Assembly: GCA_963747895.1 (NCBI GenBank)
Contig: CAVVGX010000011.1
Coordinates: 38,646-102,645, forward strand
Direction: 5' to 3'
DNA length: 64,000 bases
Origin: an uncultured Actinomycetota bacterium
Lineage (GTDB): Bacteria; Actinomycetota; Actinomycetes; Mycobacteriales; Geodermatophilaceae
Below the pieces are notes generated by a model. The model saw only the letters and a program-made list of their open reading frames with translations. It had not been told where the DNA came from and ran no database searches. The translations under genes and the position numbers were made by a program. How positions within the stretch are numbered: position 1 is the first letter of the stretch; each line of letters opens with the position of its first letter. This document shows positions 1-9,046 of this stretch, piece after piece.

Positions 1-1151
1 CGCTGGTCGCCGTCCCCTTCCAGGTCTACGCGCTCACCGGCGACTCGCTCATGGTCGGCGTCACCTCGATCGTCGCGCTGGTTCCGCTGATCGTCTTCGG
101 CCTGCTCGGCGGCGCGATCGCCGACTCGATGGACCGCAGGCGGCTGATGCTGATCACGTCGGCCGGTGCCGCGGTGACCAGCGCGCTGCTCGCCGTCCAG
201 GCGTTGCTGCCCGGCGAGGGGCACCTGGCGGTGCTCTGGGTGCTGACGGCGTGCGTGTCGGCGTTCGCGGCGGTCAACCAGCCCACGCGCAGCGCAGCCA
301 TCCCGGCGCTGGTCGGGGCGGCCGGCGTGCCGGCGGCGAACGCGCTGTCGATGACCGTGCGCCAGGCGGGCGTGATCGTGGGGCCGCTGCTGGCCGGCGT
401 CCTCATCGGGGCGGGGGAGCTGTTCCTCGCCTACGCGGTCGACGCCCTGGGCTTCCTGGTCGCCGCGCTGCTGCTGCGCGGGCTGCCGTCCCTGCCGCCG
501 GGCCGCGACACGGGGCCGCTCCGGCTCGGTGCCGCCGTCCGGGGCGTGGCGGAGGGTTTCGTCTTCCTCCGCACCCAGCCGGTGCTGCTCATGACCTTCG
601 TCGTCGACATCGTCGCCATGTGCTTCGCCTGGCCGCAGGCGGTGTTCCCCGAGCTGTCGCAGAACCGCTTCGCCGACTCGCCGAACTCGCTGGGCTGGCT
701 GTTCGCCGGCGTCTCCATCGGCGCGCTGCTCATGGGGCTGACCTCGGGCTGGGTGTCGCGGGTGGACCGGCAGGGCGCGGTGGTGCTGGGCGCGATCGCG
801 GTGTGGGGCGTGGCGATCATCGGCTTCGGCTGGGCGCCCTCGCTCTGGCTCGCCGTCCTCTGCCTGGCGGTGGCCGGTGCGGGCGACATGGTGAGCGCGG
901 TGCTGCGCTCGTCGATGCTGCAGCTGGCCGCACCCGAGGAGATGCGTGGGCGGATGCAGGGCGTCTTCGTCGTCGTCGTCGCCGGGGGGCCGCGCCTGGG
1001 CGACCTGCGCGCGGGTGCCCTGGCGAGCGCGGCGTCGGTGAGCGTGGCGATGGTGTCCGGCGGCGTCGTCGTCGTCCTGGCGATGGCGCTGGTCGCGGTG
1101 CTGGTGCCCTCGTTCTGGCTCTTCCGCGCCTCCCGCTCGGCCGTGGTCTGA
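1..1151 (+). CDS. MFS transporter, 5' end outside window
   Basis: ORF 51..1151 stays open to the window edge in the same frame (LVAVPFQVYALTGDSL precedes the first Met). Many hydrophobic helices; MFS loop-like GAIADSMDRRRL. Confidence 0.8.
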   Translation, partial: LVAVPFQVYALTGDSLMVGVTSIVALVPLIVFGLLGGAIADSMDRRRLMLITSAGAAVTSALLAVQALLPGEGHLAVLWVLTACVSAFAAVNQPTRSAAIPALVGAAGVPAANALSMTVRQAGVIVGPLLAGVLIGAGELFLAYAVDALGFLVAALLLRGLPSLPPGRDTGPLRLGAAVRGVAEGFVFLRTQPVLLMTFVVDIVAMCFAWPQAVFPELSQNRFADSPNSLGWLFAGVSIGALLMGLTSGWVSRVDRQGAVVLGAIAVWGVAIIGFGWAPSLWLAVLCLAVAGAGDMVSAVLRSSMLQLAAPEEMRGRMQGVFVVVVAGGPRLGDLRAGALASAASVSVAMVSGGVVVVLAMALVAVLVPSFWLFRASRSAVV

Positions 1152-1897
1152 AAGGACCCGTTCCCCACGCCTCGCAGGCTCGGCGCGGGCCCCTGAACGG
1201 CGGCCGGACTACGCAGCGCGGCGGCGACGACCTTGAGGTCGGTGACGAGCGCGTCGAAGGCGGCGGCGCGGGCCTCGTCGGGCGTGCGCAGGACCGCCGA
1301 GGGGTGCGTGGTCGCGAGGATCCAGGTCTGCGCCGGGGCCGCCTCGTCGGGCTCGTCGTCGTCGGCCTCCTCGACCACCGGCGGGGGCGGCAGGCCCGGC
1401 AGGTCCCAGGGCAGCAGCCGGCCCCGGTCCTGGGTGATCCGGAAGGACGGCGCGATGAGCGCCTTGGCCGCCGTCGCCCCCAGGGCCACGACCACGTCCG
1501 GCCGGAGGACGGCGAGCTCGGATCGCAGCCAGGGCGCGCACGCCCGGAGGTGCTCCGCGCCCGGCGTCTGGTGGATGCGGCGCTTGCCCTTCGGCGTGAA
1601 GCGGAAGTGCTTCACCGCGTTGGTGATGTAGGCGTCGCGGCGGTCGATGCCGGCCCCGGTCAGGGCGTCGTCGAGCAGCCGCCCGGCCGGTCCGACGAAC
1701 GGCTCGCCGGTCCGGTCCTCCTGGTCGCCCGGCTGCTCGCCGACGAAGACGATGCGCGCGGTGGGCGGGCCCTCGCCGAAGACGGTCTGCGTCGCCGGCT
1801 CCCACAGCTCGCAGGCCCGGCAGCCGGCTGCCGCGGCGGCCAGCCCGTCCAGACCCACGCCGGACGGCGGCTGCGCGATCCCGTTCCGCTCGCTCAT
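431..1897 (-). CDS. udgX: UdgX-type family-4 uracil-DNA glycosylase; the glycosylase domain is only ~1200..1897 and the frame has no stop until 431
   Basis: N-terminal Fe-S cysteines (GCRACELW). Motif A VGEQPGDQED, PFVGPAG, R-loop KGKRRIH, motif B THPSAVLR. The tail beyond ~1190 is an antisense translation of the MFS gene. Confidence 0.7.
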   Translation of the reverse strand: MSERNGIAQPPSGVGLDGLAAAAAGCRACELWEPATQTVFGEGPPTARIVFVGEQPGDQEDRTGEPFVGPAGRLLDDALTGAGIDRRDAYITNAVKHFRFTPKGKRRIHQTPGAEHLRACAPWLRSELAVLRPDVVVALGATAAKALIAPSFRITQDRGRLLPWDLPGLPPPPVVEEADDDEPDEAAPAQTWILATTHPSAVLRTPDEARAAAFDALVTDLKVVAAALRSPAAVQGPAPSLRGVGNGSFQTTAEREARKSQNEGTSTATSAIARTTTTPPDTIATLTDAALARAPARRSPRRGPPATTTTKTPCIRPRISSGAASCSIDERSTALTMSPAPATARQRTASQSEGAQPKPMIATPHTAIAPSTTAPCRSTRDTQPEVSPMSSAPMETPANSQPSEFGESAKRFCDSSGNTACGQAKHMATMSTTKVMSSTGWVRRKTKPSATPRTAAPSRSGPVSRPGGRDGSPRSSSAATRKPRASTA

Positions 1898-2022
1898 GGA
1901 CCGATGAGACCGCAGGCCGGCGGGGTGCGCGACCGGTCGGTGGACATCGACCCAGGCGCCGCGGAACGGTCCGCCCTCACCGTTACGGTCGGGAGGACGA
2001 CGCGACGACGGCAGGAGGACGG

Positions 2023-2937
2023 GTGCTCGAGTTCGACGGGCTCCACAAGAGCTTCGGCGAGGTCCGGGTCCTGGAGGGCGTCGGGTTCACCGTCGCCCCG
2101 GGGTCGATGTTCGGCTTCTGCGGCTCCAACGGTGCCGGCAAGACGACGACGATGCGGATCGCCATGGGCCTGGTGCGGCCCGACGCCGGGGAGGTGCGCT
2201 GGCAGGGCCGGCGGCTGGACCAGGCCTCGCGGCGCCGGGTCGGCTACATGCCGGAGGAGCGCGGGCTCTACCCGAAGATGAAGGTCGGCGAGCAGGTCGC
2301 CTACTTCGCCCGCCTGCACGGGCTGGACGCCGCAGCCGCCGGGAAGGCGTCGGCGGACTGGGTGGAGCGACTCGGCCTGGGCGCGCGACGGGACGAGCAG
2401 GTGGAGAAGCTGTCGCTGGGCAACCAGCAGCGCGTCCAGCTGGCTGCCGCGCTGGTCAGCCGCCCCGAGGTGCTGATCCTCGACGAGCCGTTCTCCGGGC
2501 TGGACCCGGTGGGCGTCGACTCGCTGGCCGACGCGCTCCTGGCGCAGGTGCGCGACGGCGTGCCCGTGGTCTTCTCCAGCCATCAGCTCGACCTGGTCGA
2601 GCGCCTGTGCGACTCCGTGGGCATCCTGGCCCGCGGCCGGATGGTGGCCACCGGCACGGTCGACGAGCTGCGCCGCCGCGAGGCCGGGCGGCTGCTGCGC
2701 GTCGTCGTCCCGGACGCCACGCCGGGCTGGGCCGGCGGGCTGGGCGGCGCCCGCGTGGTGTCCGAGCAGGCCGGCGACACCCTGCTGGAGCTGGCGCCCG
2801 ACACCGACGACCAGTCCGTCCTGGCGGCCGCGCTGCGGACCGGCCGGGTCACCCACTTCGCCTGGCAGCAGCCCACGCTGGTGGAGCTGTTCCGGGGCGC
2901 CGTCGCGGCGCCGAGCACCGAGGAGGTGGCGGCGTGA
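2023..2937 (+). CDS. ABC transporter ATP-binding protein (ABC-2 type)
   Basis: Walker A GSNGAGKTT, signature LSLGNQQR, Walker B LILDEP. RBS caggagga upstream of GTG 2023. Confidence 0.9.
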   Translation: MLEFDGLHKSFGEVRVLEGVGFTVAPGSMFGFCGSNGAGKTTTMRIAMGLVRPDAGEVRWQGRRLDQASRRRVGYMPEERGLYPKMKVGEQVAYFARLHGLDAAAAGKASADWVERLGLGARRDEQVEKLSLGNQQRVQLAAALVSRPEVLILDEPFSGLDPVGVDSLADALLAQVRDGVPVVFSSHQLDLVERLCDSVGILARGRMVATGTVDELRRREAGRLLRVVVPDATPGWAGGLGGARVVSEQAGDTLLELAPDTDDQSVLAAALRTGRVTHFAWQQPTLVELFRGAVAAPSTEEVAA

Positions 2938-4115
2938 GCGCCCCGCGGAATCCCTCCAGCGCCGAGCTGGTCCGCCTGGTGGCCGGGCGCGAGGTGGCGA
3001 CCCGCATCCGCGACAAGGGCTTCATCGTCAGCTCGGTCGTGATCCTGCTGATCATCGTCGGCGCCATGGTCTTCCAGGTGCTGGCGAACAGCGGGGACGA
3101 CGAGCGCCGGGTGGGCGTCGTCGGGGGCGACGCCTCGCTGGTCACCGCCCTCGAGGCGCAGGGCGAGGCGCTCGACGTCGACGTCGAGGTGGTCCGGTTC
3201 GACGACCGGGCCGCCGCCCGCGCCGCGGTCGACGACGAGGACGTCGACGGCGCGCTGCTCGCCGGGGACGACGAGTTGCTCGTCCGCGAGTCCGCGGACA
3301 GCTCCCTCGAGGCGATCATCCAGGGCGCGGTGGGGCAGCTCGCGATCGCGGAGCAGCTGAGCCAGGCGGGGATCGGGCAGCTGGACGTGCCGGAGGTCGC
3401 GGTGACCGCCCTGGACGCCGACGCCGCGGCCGACGGTCAGCGGATCGTGACGGCGATCTTCGGCGTGGTGATCCTGTACAGCCTGCTGATCCTCTTCGGC
3501 CAGTTCATCGCCCAGGGCGTCGTCGAGGAGAAGTCCAGCCGGGTGGTCGAGCTGCTGCTGGCCACGATGCGCCCGTGGCAGCTGCTGGCGGGCAAGATCC
3601 TCGGCCTGGGCCTGCTGGCCCTGGGGCAGATCGTGGCCATCGGCGTCGTCGCCGTGGGCGCGGCCCTGGCCTTCGACGTCGTCGACGTGCCCGGCGACCT
3701 GATCGGCACCGTCGCGGTCGTGATCGCCTGGTTCGTGCTCGGCTACGCCTGGTACGCCGCGGTCTTCGCCGTCGCCGCGTCGCTGGTCAGCCGCCAGGAG
3801 GACCTCGCGACCGTGCTCATGCCGACGTCGATGGTGCTCGTCGTCGCCTTCTTCATCGGCATCCAGGCCGCCTCGGACCCGGGCGGTCTGCTGGCCCGGG
3901 TGACCTCGTACGTCCCCGGGCTGTCCCCGCTGGTCATGCCGGTGCGGCAGGCGGCCGGCGAGGTGGCGCCGTGGGAGGTCGCACTGGCGGTCGTGCTGAT
4001 GCTGGTCGCCATCGTGCTGGTGGTGCGCCTGGGCGGGCGCATCTACTCCGGGGCCCTGCTGCGCACGGGCGGCAAGATCAAGATGCGCGAGGCGCTGGCC
4101 GCCGAACGCGCCTGA
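2934..4115 (+). CDS. ABC-2 type transporter permease
   Basis: GTG 2934 overlaps the ATPase stop (GTGA). One N-terminal TM, a large loop, then about 5 TM helices. The ORF track's upstream extension (2607) is an off-frame shadow of the ATPase gene. Confidence 0.8.
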   Translation: MSAPRNPSSAELVRLVAGREVATRIRDKGFIVSSVVILLIIVGAMVFQVLANSGDDERRVGVVGGDASLVTALEAQGEALDVDVEVVRFDDRAAARAAVDDEDVDGALLAGDDELLVRESADSSLEAIIQGAVGQLAIAEQLSQAGIGQLDVPEVAVTALDADAAADGQRIVTAIFGVVILYSLLILFGQFIAQGVVEEKSSRVVELLLATMRPWQLLAGKILGLGLLALGQIVAIGVVAVGAALAFDVVDVPGDLIGTVAVVIAWFVLGYAWYAAVFAVAASLVSRQEDLATVLMPTSMVLVVAFFIGIQAASDPGGLLARVTSYVPGLSPLVMPVRQAAGEVAPWEVALAVVLMLVAIVLVVRLGGRIYSGALLRTGGKIKMREALAAERA

Positions 4116-4152
4116 GGGGATTGCCTGCGCGGCGTGGGGGTAGCCGGGCGGC

Positions 4153-5133
4153 ATGGGCATGCAGCTGGGCTACACGATGATGACCGAGCAGGCCGGACCG
4201 AAGGACCTGGTCCGCCACGTGGTGGGCGCCGAGGACGTCGGGTTCGACTTCGCGGTGAGCAGCGACCACTTCTTCCCGTGGCTGGACGAGATGGGCCACG
4301 CACCGAACGCCTGGGTGACCCTCGGCGCGGCCGCGCACGCCACCAGCCGGATCGACCTCATGACCTACGTGACCTGCCCGATCATCCGGTACCGGCCGGC
4401 CGTCGTGGCCCAGCAGGCGGCGACGCTGCAGCTCCTGTCCGACGGCCGGTTCACCCTCGGGCTCGGTGCGGGGGAGAACCTCAACGAGCACGTGATCGGC
4501 GAGGGCTGGCCGCCGGTCGCCGTCCGGCACGAGATGCTGGCCGAGGCGGTGCAGATCATCCGGGAGCTGCTGCGCGGCGACGGGTACACCACGTTCCACG
4601 GCGAGTACTTCGACGTGGACGGCGGCAGGATCTGGGACCTGCCGGAGGGCGGGGTGCCGATCGGCCTGGCGGTGTCGGGCGAGAAGTCGGTCGAGCTGGC
4701 CGCCGAGTACGCGGACGTGCTCATCGCGACCGAGCCCAAGCCGGAGCTGGTCGACCAGTTCGAGGCGGCGGGTGGCGCGACCAAGAAGAAGGTCGGCCAG
4801 ATGCCGATCAGCTACGGCACCGACAAGGCCGCCGCCGTCACCCGCGCGCACCAGCTGTTCCGCTGGTTCGGTCTGGGCTGGAAGGTGAACGCCGACCTGC
4901 CCGGCACCGCCGGCTTCGACGCCGCCAGCCAGTTCGTCCGCGAGGAGGACGTCGAGAGCAGCATCCCGTGCGGGGACGACGTCGCCGCGGTGATCCAGGC
5001 GGCCAAGAAGTACGCCGACGCCGGCTTCACCCACCTGGCCCTCGTGCAGATCGGCGGCGACCAGCAGGAGCCCTACCTCGAGTGGACCCGCAGCGAGCTG
5101 CTGCCGGCCTGGCGGGAGGCCTTCGGCAACTGA
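4153..5133 (+). CDS. LLM-class F420-dependent oxidoreductase (G6PDH-like family)
   Basis: Luciferase-like TIM-barrel signature: DFAVSSDHFFPW, RFTLGLGAGENLNEH, HGEYF. Confidence 0.8.
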   Translation: MGMQLGYTMMTEQAGPKDLVRHVVGAEDVGFDFAVSSDHFFPWLDEMGHAPNAWVTLGAAAHATSRIDLMTYVTCPIIRYRPAVVAQQAATLQLLSDGRFTLGLGAGENLNEHVIGEGWPPVAVRHEMLAEAVQIIRELLRGDGYTTFHGEYFDVDGGRIWDLPEGGVPIGLAVSGEKSVELAAEYADVLIATEPKPELVDQFEAAGGATKKKVGQMPISYGTDKAAAVTRAHQLFRWFGLGWKVNADLPGTAGFDAASQFVREEDVESSIPCGDDVAAVIQAAKKYADAGFTHLALVQIGGDQQEPYLEWTRSELLPAWREAFGN

Positions 5134-5204
5134 CCCTCCCGTTGGGGTGAGGTCACCCCTGCGGGCGGCGCGCGGAAGGCTCCTCGCCCCCGAAGATCGG
5201 CGGC

Positions 5205-6065
5205 ATGACCGAGGACCTCGACAGGCGCTTCCGGCGGCTGCGGGCCACCGGGGACGGCGACGCGTTGGTGGACCTCGGCTGCGACCTCGCCGACGCCGGT
5301 CGCCACGCGGACGCCGAGGAGTGCTTCCGCCGCGCCGCCGACGCCGGGGACACCGTCGCCTCCTTCAACCTCGGCAACGCCCTCGCGGCGCAGGGCCGGT
5401 GGCAGGAGGCGGTCGAGGCCTACGAGGTCGCGCTGGCCGGTGGCGAGGCCGACGCGTGGCGCAACCTGGGCCTCGTGCTGGAGGACCTCGGCGACCTCGC
5501 CGGCGCCATGCGGGCCTACCGCGGCGCCGTCGACGCCGGGGACCTCGAGGGCGGCCTGCAGCTGGCGTTCCTGCTGCGCGAGCAGGGGGAGCGCGAGGAG
5601 GCGCTCGCCGTCGCCGAGGAGATCGCCGCCGCCGGTGACGCCGAGGCGGCGGGCGTCGTCGCCTGCTGGAGGTTCTGCACGACCCTGGACCCGGCGCTCG
5701 AGGACGACCTGCGGGCCGGCGCCGACCACTTCCCGGCGGCGCGCACCGACCTGGCGCACCTGCTGCGCGAGAGCGGCCGGGGCGCCGAGGCGCGGGCGGT
5801 GCTCGAGCGCGGCGCCAAGCTGGGCGAGCAGGTGGCCTGGCTGCCGCTGGGCAACCTCTACCGGGAGGACCTCGGCGACGAGGAGGCCGCCGAGGAGGCG
5901 TTCCGCGCGGGCATCGCCGCCGGCGACGTCTACTGCCACCAGAACCTCGCCGTGCTGCTCGCCGACCGGGGCGACTTCGACGGTGCCGTCGAGCAGTTCC
6001 GGCTCGGTGCCGAGGCCGGGGACCAGCTCGCCGCCCAGACGCTGCGCGGGCTCGAACTGGGCTGA
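5205..6065 (+). CDS. Tetratricopeptide/Sel1-like repeat protein
   Basis: Repeated A-x-x-x-F/Y-R-x-A-x-x-x-G helix pairs (CFRRAADAGD, AYRGAVDAGD, AFRAGIAAGD, QFRLGAEAGD). Confidence 0.7.
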   Translation: MTEDLDRRFRRLRATGDGDALVDLGCDLADAGRHADAEECFRRAADAGDTVASFNLGNALAAQGRWQEAVEAYEVALAGGEADAWRNLGLVLEDLGDLAGAMRAYRGAVDAGDLEGGLQLAFLLREQGEREEALAVAEEIAAAGDAEAAGVVACWRFCTTLDPALEDDLRAGADHFPAARTDLAHLLRESGRGAEARAVLERGAKLGEQVAWLPLGNLYREDLGDEEAAEEAFRAGIAAGDVYCHQNLAVLLADRGDFDGAVEQFRLGAEAGDQLAAQTLRGLELG

Positions 6066-6123
6066 ACCGGCCGGTCCTGCATCCCGGTACGGGCCCGTTC
6101 CGGTGGCAGCGGATACTGGCGGA

Positions 6124-7203
6124 GTGACATCCGCCACTGCAGCGCTCCGGACCGCGACGCGTTCCGACCTCGGGGCGGTGGCCGATGCACTGGGCCTCCC
6201 GCTGCCGGCGCTCGCCCCCGCGATCGTCGAACCGGACGCCCGGGTGCTGATCGGCACCGAGGGCCAGGTCGTGCTGCTTCGCCGGCGCTGGGCCGCCGAC
6301 GCGACCGCCGAGGCCGTCGTCGTGCGCCGCGCGGGCGTCCCCCTGGACCACCCCGACGTCCTCGCGGCGGCCGCCGACTGGGGGTGCGACCGCGTGCGGC
6401 ACCTGGCCAACGACCGGTGCGTGGCGGTGCCCGCTCCGCCGGCGTCGGCCCCGCTGGAGGTCCGCTTCGCCCACCTCGCGGCGCTGGCGGCCACCCGGGT
6501 GGAGACCGCCGTCGCCCTGGCCCGCGACGTCGGCGGCACGCGCACCAAGGACGACGGCAGCCCGGCGGTGGCCGCGGACGGGGCCGCGCACACCGCGGCG
6601 GTCGAGGTGCTCGGCGCGCTCGGGGTACCGGTGCTCAGCGAGGAGATCGCCGACCGGCAGGTGCCCGAGGGCATGCCGTGGATCGTCATCGACCCGCTCG
6701 ACGGAACCCGCAACTACCTGGCCGGGTTGCCGCCGTGGGCGTTCTCGGCCGCGCTCGTGCACGACGGGCGGCCGGTCGCGGGCCTGGTCTGCGACCTCTC
6801 CTCCGGGCGGCGGTGGTCGGCCAGCGAGGGCCGCGGCGCCGAGCGGGACGGCGTGCCGGTGCGCACGCGCACGGGGAGCACCGTCGTCGTCCCCAGTGCG
6901 CCGAACGGGGGCTCGGTCGGGGTGCCCGGTGACGCCCGGCGGGTGCGGATCACCGGGTGCACGGCGGTCGACCTGTGCCTGGTCGCCGACGGGGCGGCCG
7001 CCGCGTGGCACGACGTGGACCGCACGGGGACCCATGTGCACGACGTCGCCGGCGGGCTCGCCGTCCTGCTGGCCGCGGGCGGAGCGGCGCTCACCGCGGA
7101 CGGCAGCCCCCTGGTGCTCGAGCCGGACACCGGCGCGCGGATCCGCTTCGTCGCGGCCGCCGACGAGGCGCTGGCCCGCACGCTGCTCGACGCGGTCGCC
7201 TGA
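6124..7203 (+). CDS. Inositol monophosphatase family protein with ~110-aa N-terminal extension
   Basis: IMPase metal motif WIVIDPLDGTRNY and a C-terminal AWHDVD.. segment. Start uncertain (GTG 6124 or 6103). The upstream part of ORF 5440.. is a shadow of the TPR gene. Confidence 0.7.
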   Translation: MTSATAALRTATRSDLGAVADALGLPLPALAPAIVEPDARVLIGTEGQVVLLRRRWAADATAEAVVVRRAGVPLDHPDVLAAAADWGCDRVRHLANDRCVAVPAPPASAPLEVRFAHLAALAATRVETAVALARDVGGTRTKDDGSPAVAADGAAHTAAVEVLGALGVPVLSEEIADRQVPEGMPWIVIDPLDGTRNYLAGLPPWAFSAALVHDGRPVAGLVCDLSSGRRWSASEGRGAERDGVPVRTRTGSTVVVPSAPNGGSVGVPGDARRVRITGCTAVDLCLVADGAAAAWHDVDRTGTHVHDVAGGLAVLLAAGGAALTADGSPLVLEPDTGARIRFVAAADEALARTLLDAVA

Positions 7204-7228
7204 CCTCGGGCGGCTGCCCCGCCGCCCC

Positions 7229-8638
7229 TCAGGTGGTGGCGGCCCGGATGGCGGCGAGCAGTGCTTCGCGCTCGTGCAGGGTGGTGCGGGCCCGCCCGCG
7301 ACTGGCCCCGAGCGCGACCTCGGCGGCGTCGATGGCCCGCCAGTCCTCCAGCAGCACCGGTTGCGCCCCGCGGGCCTGCAGCGTGGTCACCAGGTCGTCG
7401 ACGTCACCGCGGACCGCCAGCGTGCCGTCGGCCGCGTCGCCGAGGAGGGCGTCCACGGTCTCGCGGGCGTCGTGCTTGTTGGTGCCCACGACGCCGCTCG
7501 GTCCGCGCTTGATCCACCCGGCGACGTACTCACCCGGCGCCCGTTCTCCGTCGCGCAGCACCCGGCCGGTGCCGTCGTGCGGCACGGTGCCGCTCCGCTC
7601 GTCGACCGGGAGCCCCGGCAGCGGGGTGCCCCGGTAGCCCACGGACCGGACCACCAGGTCGGCCGGCAGCACCTCCAGCTCCCCGGTGCCCAGGGCGCGA
7701 CCGTCGCCGTCGACCGCGGTGCGCTCGACCTCCAGGCCGGTGACGCGGCCCTCGCCGATCAGCCGCACCGGCCGCCGGAAGAAGCGCAGCCGCAGCGGGA
7801 TGCGGCCGGCCTCGACGACGTGCCCCGCCCAGCCGCGCAGCACGCCCAGGTTGCGTGCGACCACCCGGTCCGACGAGGCCCGCTCCTCGGAGGCCGGGTC
7901 CAGCTCGAGGTCCGCGGGGTCGACCACGACGGTCGCCGCGGACATGTCGTCGAGCTCGCGCAGCTCCTGGGTGGTGAAGCTGGCCTGCGCCGGACCACGG
8001 CGGCCCAGCACCGTCACCTGCTCGACCGGCGCGGCGGCGAGTGCGTCCAGGACGTGCTGCGGCATGTCGGTGGGCTCGAGCTCCTCGGGTGCACGGGCCA
8101 GGACCCGTGCCACGTCCAGCGCGACGTTGCCGACGCCGACGACCACGACCGAACGGGCGTCGGCCAGCGCGGACTCGATCCGCTTCCGGTCGGCGTCGGG
8201 GTGCCCGGTGTACCAGGCGACGAGGTCGGTGGCGGCGAGGCTGCCCGGGAGGTCCTCGCCCTCGATGTCCAGCCGGCGGTCCAGCGCCGCGCCGTAGGTG
8301 TAGACGACGGCGTCCACGTGCCGGCGCAGCTCCTCCAGGGAGAGGTCGACGCCGATGTCCACGTTGCCGACGAAGCGGACCAGCGGCTGGTCGAGGCTGC
8401 GGTGCAGGGTCTCCCGGATGGCCCGCATCTTCGGGTGGTCAGGCGCGATCCCGTGCCGGACCAGGCCGAACGGGGTGGGCAGCCGGTCGATGAGGTCGAT
8501 CGCCACCGGGACGTCGTCCTGGCGGGTCAGCGCGTCGGCGGCGAAGATGCCCGCCGGACCGGCGCCGATGATCGCCACCCGGAGGGGGCGACGCTCGGAC
8601 GGGGGAGCGGCGGAGCCGTCGGCGACCATGACTGGCAT
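7229..8638 (-). CDS. fprA: Ferredoxin-NADP+ reductase, adrenodoxin-reductase type (FprA-like)
   Basis: RVAIIGAGPAGIFAA dinucleotide fold, GIAPDHPK, second fold VVVVGVGNVALDVARVL, GWIKRGPSGVVGTNK. ATG 8638 with AGGA upstream. Confidence 0.85.
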   Translation of the reverse strand: MPVMVADGSAAPPSERRPLRVAIIGAGPAGIFAADALTRQDDVPVAIDLIDRLPTPFGLVRHGIAPDHPKMRAIRETLHRSLDQPLVRFVGNVDIGVDLSLEELRRHVDAVVYTYGAALDRRLDIEGEDLPGSLAATDLVAWYTGHPDADRKRIESALADARSVVVVGVGNVALDVARVLARAPEELEPTDMPQHVLDALAAAPVEQVTVLGRRGPAQASFTTQELRELDDMSAATVVVDPADLELDPASEERASSDRVVARNLGVLRGWAGHVVEAGRIPLRLRFFRRPVRLIGEGRVTGLEVERTAVDGDGRALGTGELEVLPADLVVRSVGYRGTPLPGLPVDERSGTVPHDGTGRVLRDGERAPGEYVAGWIKRGPSGVVGTNKHDARETVDALLGDAADGTLAVRGDVDDLVTTLQARGAQPVLLEDWRAIDAAEVALGASRGRARTTLHEREALLAAIRAATT

Positions 8639-8713
8639 CCTGACCCGGCCGGGGGCGCTCCACCAGTGCGCGCGCCCGGTTTCCCGATCACCGTCGCTCG
8701 AGGAGGCCCCTCC

Positions 8714-9022
8714 ATGTCCATCGTCGTCGTCGCCACCCTGACCCCCAAGCCCGATGCGGTCGACGCCGTACGGGAGGCGCTGCTGGCCGCCGTCCCGAAG
8801 GTGCACGAGGAGCCCGGCTGCGAGCTCTACGCCCTGCACGAGGCCGACGGGGCGTTCGTGATGGTGGAGCGCTGGGCGGACGCGGACGCCATGAAGGCCC
8901 ACGGCAAGGCCGAGCCGCTGGCCACGCTCGGTGCCGCGCTGGCCGGCAAGATGGCCGCCGCTCCCGACATCCGCCGGCTCACCCCGGTGCCGGCCGGTGA
9001 CGCCGGCAAGGGCGCCGTCTGA
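8714..9022 (+). CDS. Antibiotic biosynthesis monooxygenase (ABM) domain protein
   Basis: About 100 aa with a ferredoxin-like pattern (IVVVATLTPKPD.., EPGCELYALHE.., FVMVERWAD..A..AH). RBS aggagg 8701-8706. Confidence 0.75.
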   Translation: MSIVVVATLTPKPDAVDAVREALLAAVPKVHEEPGCELYALHEADGAFVMVERWADADAMKAHGKAEPLATLGAALAGKMAAAPDIRRLTPVPAGDAGKGAV

Positions 9023-9046
9023 CCTCTCCGGGCGGGCCCGGCGACC

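Noticed and set aside
1209-1805. 198-aa alternative frame ending at a TAG just after the UDG domain
   Set aside because: The translation is Arg/Gly/Pro junk, while the glycosylase motifs are all in the 431-1897 frame. The TAG is only relevant as the stop a frameshift would restore.
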